From positions 10,354,001 through 10,418,000 of the forward strand of contig OZ024763.1 of NCBI GenBank assembly GCA_964016885.1: a stretch of DNA of 64,000 bases, written 5' to 3'. Below the pieces are notes generated by a model. The model searched no databases, was not told the origin of the DNA, and was given only the letters and a program-made list of their open reading frames with translations. The DNA is from Eledone cirrhosa. Taxonomy: Eukaryota. The position numbers and the translations under genes are program-made. Below, one piece after another: positions 54,742-62,300 of the stretch (positions are counted from its first letter, which is position 1; every line of letters begins with the position of its first letter).

Positions 54742-56406
54742 ATAGAGTACTGAAGATGGATACCCAACATCCACAGTGAATCGACTTAAGAATCGAAGGC
54801 GCTGCAGACATTTGATCTCCTCTAAAACCTGCTTCATGAAATTAACACATTTCAGCGAAAGCATAAACACAGCTATCTGCAGAGCTATCCGCAAAGGACT
54901 GGACATACAATTAGCACACTCCGGCCCTTCACTGAGTGGATACCTGTCTAAAAAGCAATCCAGAGACAACAACAACCAATGTTCACTGACTAACTGCCCT
55001 ATCCATGACATAGGTGTGTGCCAGCGGACACATGGTATACTGGATCGAATGCAACAAATGTAAGGAGTTCTACATTGGTAGCAGGACTCCAGCACTCCAC
55101 ACTCGTATTAAAGAACACCTCAACACACGTGCATCCTCATTCAAAAAACACATCAACAAATGTAGAAACATCAACCAACATATTAGTCAATATTAAAGCC
55201 AGTGATAGAAATGTGGGCAACTTAAGAATTAAGGAAGTCTTGCTCATACGAAGGCTCAACCCACAAATAAATAATAGATATCGTGTAGACACATACACAC
55301 ATACACAGTATGTTACATGTTTTCCATATTTTAAACTGACTATATTGACATCTGGAGGTTTACAGAGCCAACAGGAAGAACTATACTTTTAATAATACCT
55401 TTAGAAAAGGACACATTAGATAAAGTAGTCCGAGTACACTGGGTTTGTAAAAATATAAATATATACTTTTTGCAGTTTGAAAACCTTACATCTTGTGTCT
55501 ACTAAATGAAGAATGACCATGGGCTAAAAAACAAGAACAATGGAATGATCACAGCTGGAATAACTTTGGTCATAGGCCTTCTTGGGAGCTGACCTAGGGC
55601 TAAACAACAACAACAAGAGATATATCAGTCCACTACTGACCTAGGGCTAAACAACAACAACAAGAGATATCAGTCCACTACTGACCTAGGGCTAAACAAC
55701 AACAACAAGAGATATATCAGTCCACTACTGACCTAGGGCTAAACAACAACAACAAGAGATATATCAGTCCACTACTGACCTAGGGCTAAACAACAACAAC
55801 AACAACAAAGGATATATCAGTCCACTACTGACCTAGGGCTAAACAACAACAACAACAACAACAAGAGATATATCAGTCCACTACTGACCTTTCTTGATTT
55901 AACTGCATCTTTAGATCTTGAAGTTCTTGCTCCGATTTCTCATTCATCTTCATCATTCTCTGCCAGACACTCTCGTATTGAGCTGCTGTCTTCCTTGAGG
56001 CTTCATCAGCTGCTTCTGTAACACACACACATTTTACTTGTCAACTCTCTCCTTACTTTTCTGGGTTTTTTCTACACTTTTCTTCTTCCTCTTTTCACCT
56101 AATGAAGGACATAGCCCAAAACATTATCAACTGACATTTTTTGTCAGAGTTAAAACAGTATCCTTGAATTTTACTGTATTCTATCTTGATTTCGTTTTTT
56201 CAGTCTATTCACTCACTATATGTGACTATGTGTATATATGTATATATTGGAAAATGTGTGAAACCCTTGGTACAGTTAGGTATATTTTAAAAAAGGAAAA
56301 GAATTACTTCACTTGTAGTTCTAAACAATTTGATAAATCATAATATTATAAAATTAAATTAAATTGTTTAGAACTGAAAGTGAAGTCATTCTTTTCCTTT
56401 TTTTAA

Positions 56407-56439
<33 letters not shown>

Positions 56440-59400
56440 AAGAGAGAGAGGTGCTGAGATCAGGGTGACTACTAAAAATACTCCTTCAGTATCTAAGCTC
56501 TGTTTATACATAACCTCACTTCCTCCACCCCTAATTCAGATGATCATTTGTACTCCTGAAGAAGGAGTAAAGCCCGATACATCAAATTTTGTTTCCTCTT
56601 TTCCATATTAAGTTGGAAACTAATAAGACTTTTTGTATCTCTGTTTTGTCCTTTTCTTGAACTATATTTTCCACGCTTATGCGGGAATCCTTGTATTTTG
56701 AAGCCTTGTGACTGCTCTATTTCACTATCCTGTCCAGCCAACAGATTACCCATGAACTCTGAATATTTGGATTTTTATTGGACTGCTCTTCTCTGCACTA
56801 ATTACCTGCGACCTGTTCTCTCTCTATATATATATATATATACTTATATATCTCCCCTTTTTCTTCTTGTCAACCTCACTCATTCCTACTTCCCACCATG
56901 CCTAGTCAACTACTCACTATCTTTTATTTTCTGTATCTTTCTTTTGTGATATTTTTGTACTCCAGAAGAAGGACTAAAGTCCGACACATCAAACTTTCTC
57001 TTTTTCCATATAAAGCGTGTCATTACCTTCAACTATATATATATAAGAATTTAGATGAGTTCATAATACAACTATATAAAAGTAAATAATATTTCAAAGC
57101 TCAAAGTGATTTTATAATCCACAGATAGACTAAACAACAATGAATATTCCTGTTATTTTAATTGAAGCATTCGTCAATCAATTAAATGATTTAATTCAAT
57201 TTAAATTCTGGTTTATATATATATAGACAAATGAAGTATTTCCGTTGGAAAGGTACAGGAAAAAAGAGTGTTCTATGTAGGCTACAGAGCTTTTTAGTTA
57301 TTTATTCATTTGACAACTGAAGACAGACATAACATCTGCCTTCAAGAAACCACAGGTAAATGAAATAATTATCTTATGTTGTTTATTACATAAATAAATA
57401 AATATATATATAGATAGATAGATAGATAGATGGATAGATGAACAAATATATAATAAATAATGGCATATAAGGAACTCAATACATTCATAAAAATGGAATA
57501 TAGAGAAATGACTTCTACAGGACTATTATTTCTATATGAAATAAATAATTAAATGTATTAAGCAAACAATTTCTGCTTTGAACCTTAAGTCAGATCTTCT
57601 GAAAATGAAAAAATATCAATCTGTGGACGAAGAAGTAAATATTTCACAACAATTACGTCCAAACATTGCCTTTGGAAAACAGAAAGACATAATGGTAACA
57701 TGTGAAGACGTTCTCGTGAGATGCAGCAAAATATATGCAAGAAGAATTTTTATTACCTCCCTTGGACATGATGAGATCTCATATATAAAATGTCAGCCAT
57801 CTTATTTCTTGCCAGAACAATAAACAAAAACTAGCATGGAGAGTGTTGTTAGAGAAAAAGAATACATCACACCCCCAAAAAGTCACACTACTCACAAACA
57901 TACAAATCCCATTTAAAATCCAAATTCTGATTCAATTGGAGACTTCAAAGGGACATTCTCCAAAAGAATCTATACCAACATTTCAGTGCTGGGGACCACA
58001 ACTGGCAGGAAAGATGGATCAACCTTCCTCCAAAATATCTAAGGTAAGTCACCCTCCCCACTTTTTCTGCCTCTTCATCGAACATGGTTTCACACAAGAT
58101 AGGCAGTATAAATGTACGTGGCCTAGGGACGTCTTGGAAGTAGGGCCACCTGCACAACAACCTTAGGTCACTGGATATAGATGTGGTGGCTATCAGGGAG
58201 ACCAGATGCTACCAAGTGTATTTCCAAACCGTCTGAGATCTGGAGGTGGAGTTGCCGTGTTACGAAGATGAAGAAGGAGAAGAAATAATTGTAAGAAATT
58301 GTAAGTATTTCGTTTCATCTATTTTATTAATTAATTATTGAAATATTTGAGGTGGGTACTATTTTTATATTTTCTTCTTTAATTACTCTTGGGTCCCAAA
58401 TAACAGTGATTGGGGAACATTTGCTTAAATTCTTATAAGCAGGGGAGGGGGGCATTTACTTAAATTCTTATAAGCAGGGGAGGGGGCATTTGCTTAAATT
58501 CTTATAAGCAGAGGAGGGGGCATTTGCTTAAATTCTTATAAGCAGGGGAGGGAGGCATTTGCTTAAATTCTTATAAGCGAGGGGAGGATGGGTTTCTGTA
58601 ATTGTATAGTGTACGTTCGTAAATATGGGATTTCTTGTAACGTTCTTTTTTTGTCATATATAATGTTTTAATGTAAAATAAAATTATTAGATTCTAATAA
58701 TTAAAGTACCAATAAATTAAAATAAAGTACCAGTAATGCACTGGGTAATTGCTGGCTTTGTGCCAAAAGTAGAAACAATTATTAGATTCTCCAGTTGCTG
58801 TATCGATATGAATCACTTACAATAAAATTTTGCCAGACATAGATTAGTAAAAATTAATTAGTGGGAAGGAAGAGGAGGGGGGTGTATCCTGATCTGAGAG
58901 TACTTATCGTGATAAGCAATTGTAACTATTTCATCATCATCATCATCATTGTTTAACGTCCATCTTCCACACTAGCATGGGTAGGACGGGCTGTCCCTTT
59001 GTGAGGGATCAGGTTAGGGGACCATGATTCGCTCACACAGAACTGATCTGGCTTGATTTCTACAGCTGGATGCCCTTCCTAACACCAACCTCATTTACAG
59101 TGAGTGTGCTGGATCCTTTTTGCCGTGTCACCTACATGACCACTTTACAATGTGAACTGGGTTCTTTTTGTCGTGACACCTACATGAGCACCTTAGTGTA
59201 GGCTGGGTGCTTTTTGTTGTGACACCTACATGACCACCTTAGTGTGGGCTGGGTGCTTTTTGTTGTGACACCTACATGACCACTATAGTGGGCTGGGTGC
59301 TTTTGTCGTGGCTTCAGAGGGGATCACGTTATAGAGGAGGTTGGGAACTTGGGAGGGGTGGGGAAATTTGGGACGTGGGTATAGGAGAGGTTTATGGGAG

Positions 59401-62241
59401 GGGGAGAAGGTAGGGAATGGTGTTGCCTACTAGGTATATGCCTCAGCCTGAGAATAATAGAGGGCAGGTCTTCTGTAATACTTCATAGCGCCAGAAGTCA
59501 TGGTCCTCTGTCATCGCCTTAGTGAGGTGTAATTGAAATATTATAATTGGTATTCTATTTTATTTATTTAACTAATCATTGAAATATTTCAGGTAGGTAC
59601 TTTTATTTTATTTTATTTTATTTACTTCTTTAATTACTTATTATTTTAATAAGGTAGAAGCTAACATATTTTTTTCATTTGTTTCTTATGAAACCCCAAT
59701 AAAATGCACGAAAATACGAATATTGCTTATGAAAATGTAAACAAAGGTCAACGAAACTAGAAATTGAAAGAATTAGAGAATGTTCAGTGTATTGAGCTTG
59801 GCTAGGGGTTCTCCATCAAATTAAGGAGTCTCTGCAGAGTTGTGACTTTCTGAGAACTTTGACATAGATACAGCAAAAAAAGAATGAATTTTTTCATGCC
59901 TACATGCTTATTAGGCCAGACATGGACCACCTGAGCCAGATTTTCATAGAGAACACAAAAGACGACAACCAAAAATACGAGCCACAAAGGACCCACAGAA
60001 GCCCAGAAGGCTCTGAAAGCCACTGAGAGGGAGATGTCCTGCGATGCAGACAATATCAGTGAAAACGATGAAAAGGAAAATGAAACACTGGAATGCAGCA
60101 AAGGTAAACTAAAGAACCACTAGAAAAACACAAATAAATAGACAGGAGATGGCCAGTGGGTAAATGCTAAGGTGAAGAAGACTAGAACAAAGAAAACTAG
60201 AGACCCTGGGAAAAAGTACTGTAACATGTATAGAAACAAGGGGGACGAAAAGAGACTGTAACAACTACACAGACATCTCTCAGCATAATCAATAAAGTTT
60301 TCATGATAATCATTCTGAAGCATTTGCATAGATTAGCAGAATGATATATATATATCATATATACATTCTGGTGGACAGCTAGTCTTAAACTCCTCTCTTA
60401 TGACAGTTGTGACTTAGGAACAGGAGTGAGCTGATCACTGAGCCCTAATGGAGACCCACTAAACTCACTTCCTACTCTTGTTTGACAGCTCCTCTGTACA
60501 TGGCTTGCACAGCTCTCAGAAGTCACTCTTCTACACTTTGTTTCCCGAGGGACTAGATGACAGATTGGAGTACTCTGTCAAAGGTCTTCTCCAGAGCAAT
60601 ATAAGCTAGCCATAGCAGCTTACACTTAGCTAAGAACTTCTCTTGTAGTTGTCTCACTAAAAAGAGGGCTTTTGTAGTGCTCCTCCCTGGTACAAAACAG
60701 AATTGCATCTCATCTATTTTGACTCTTTCCCTAATTAGTTTTGCTAGAACTCTTTGTCACTTTCATAACTTGGTCTATTAGTCTTATGCCCTATAGTTGC
60801 TCCTTTCTAGGGCATCACCTTTTCCCTTGTAGCAATTAATGAGTATACTACTACACCAGTCATTGGGTATGACACCATCCTGTATTATCTGATTGAGTAT
60901 GAGAGTGAATAGTTCAGTTCCCCAGATTTCAACATGTCAGCAATTATCTGTCTGACTGGTGGCTTTATTATTCATTTCCTTGATTTCTCCTTTGACCCTA
61001 TAACTGTCAATTTCGATAGCTGGTCCCTCTATTGGCTCAGTTAGGGCTAGTCTCTCTTCCTTCTACTCATTCTTCACATTCATTAACCTCTCATAATACC
61101 ATTTCCAGGCCTTTTTCTTTTTTCCATCAATGATGCTAAGTGCACCTTCAACCCTTGCTTCTCCATCTTTCAACATCCAACATGGAGAGATGGAGCAGCC
61201 CCCACAATTGGCTTCCCCCATTCACATCCTTTGTCCACACCCCACATACATCCACAACTTTCTTGCCCAGCCCAGACAAGCATGGAAAGCTGGGCACACC
61301 CCACAATATATAACCAGATGTCACTAACGTTCTTCAAGACCAGCCATATAACCTTGCTCTAGCTGTCCTACCATGGGATGACTCTACTCACTTCCCATCA
61401 CTGCTTTCCCAGCCTGGCAGAGGACTCAATGAGCACCCTACACTTGTAATGGGGTAGTGTTGTTGCCATGAAAAAATGCATCCAGTCCACACTGTAAAGT
61501 GACTGACCTAACCGCAAATCATGACAAGCCATGAAAGCATAGAAAATAGAAGTAAAACGGGAATGATGGTGGGGTGTGTGTGTTGTTGTTGGACCTCCTT
61601 AGGTTCCTACATGTGCCCCAGCAGTGCAAACAGAATAGCCTGCTGTGACATTAATGTGCAAGTGGCTGCGCATTCCACAGACACATGTACCTTTAACATA
61701 GTTTTCAGGGAGATTTAACATAACAAGATTGGCCCTTTGAATTACAGGTACAACTCATTTTTGCAAGGTGAGTGGGCTGGAGCAATGTGAAATAGTGTCC
61801 GATACAAGGACACAATATGGTACTGGGACTCAAACTCACAACTTTACCTTTCATGATACTTTGTAGACTTGCAATCTCCTCCTGACATTGGCGACGAATA
61901 TCTTCCACCTCATCTTGTTTGTTTTCTTCAGAGACTGCAGCTGCCGCCTTCAGGTCCTCAAGTTCACTCTGGAGTTTCTTCAGGTCAATCAACAGAGAAT
62001 TGTTCTTACCAATTGCCTCAGCTGTGGTGTCACGCTCACGCTTCAGTTCCTCTGGGTGAAGAATTGCAGAAAATATCAGGAAATATCAGGAAATAATGAA
62101 AAATAATGGGAACATATCAGGAAATAAGAGAGATTGTGAGAGCATGAGAAAGTGAGTAGGATATATATGTATGTATGTATATATATATATATACATGTAC
62201 CTAAACACAGACATGTATGTGTGTGTGTATATACATACATA

Positions 62242-62300
<59 letters not shown>

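Noticed and set aside
54750-54775. CUGAAGA-GGAU..AUCC hammerhead-like start
   Set aside because: No GAAA or stem III; better explained as the LK(N)GYP coding motif of a Penelope ORF.
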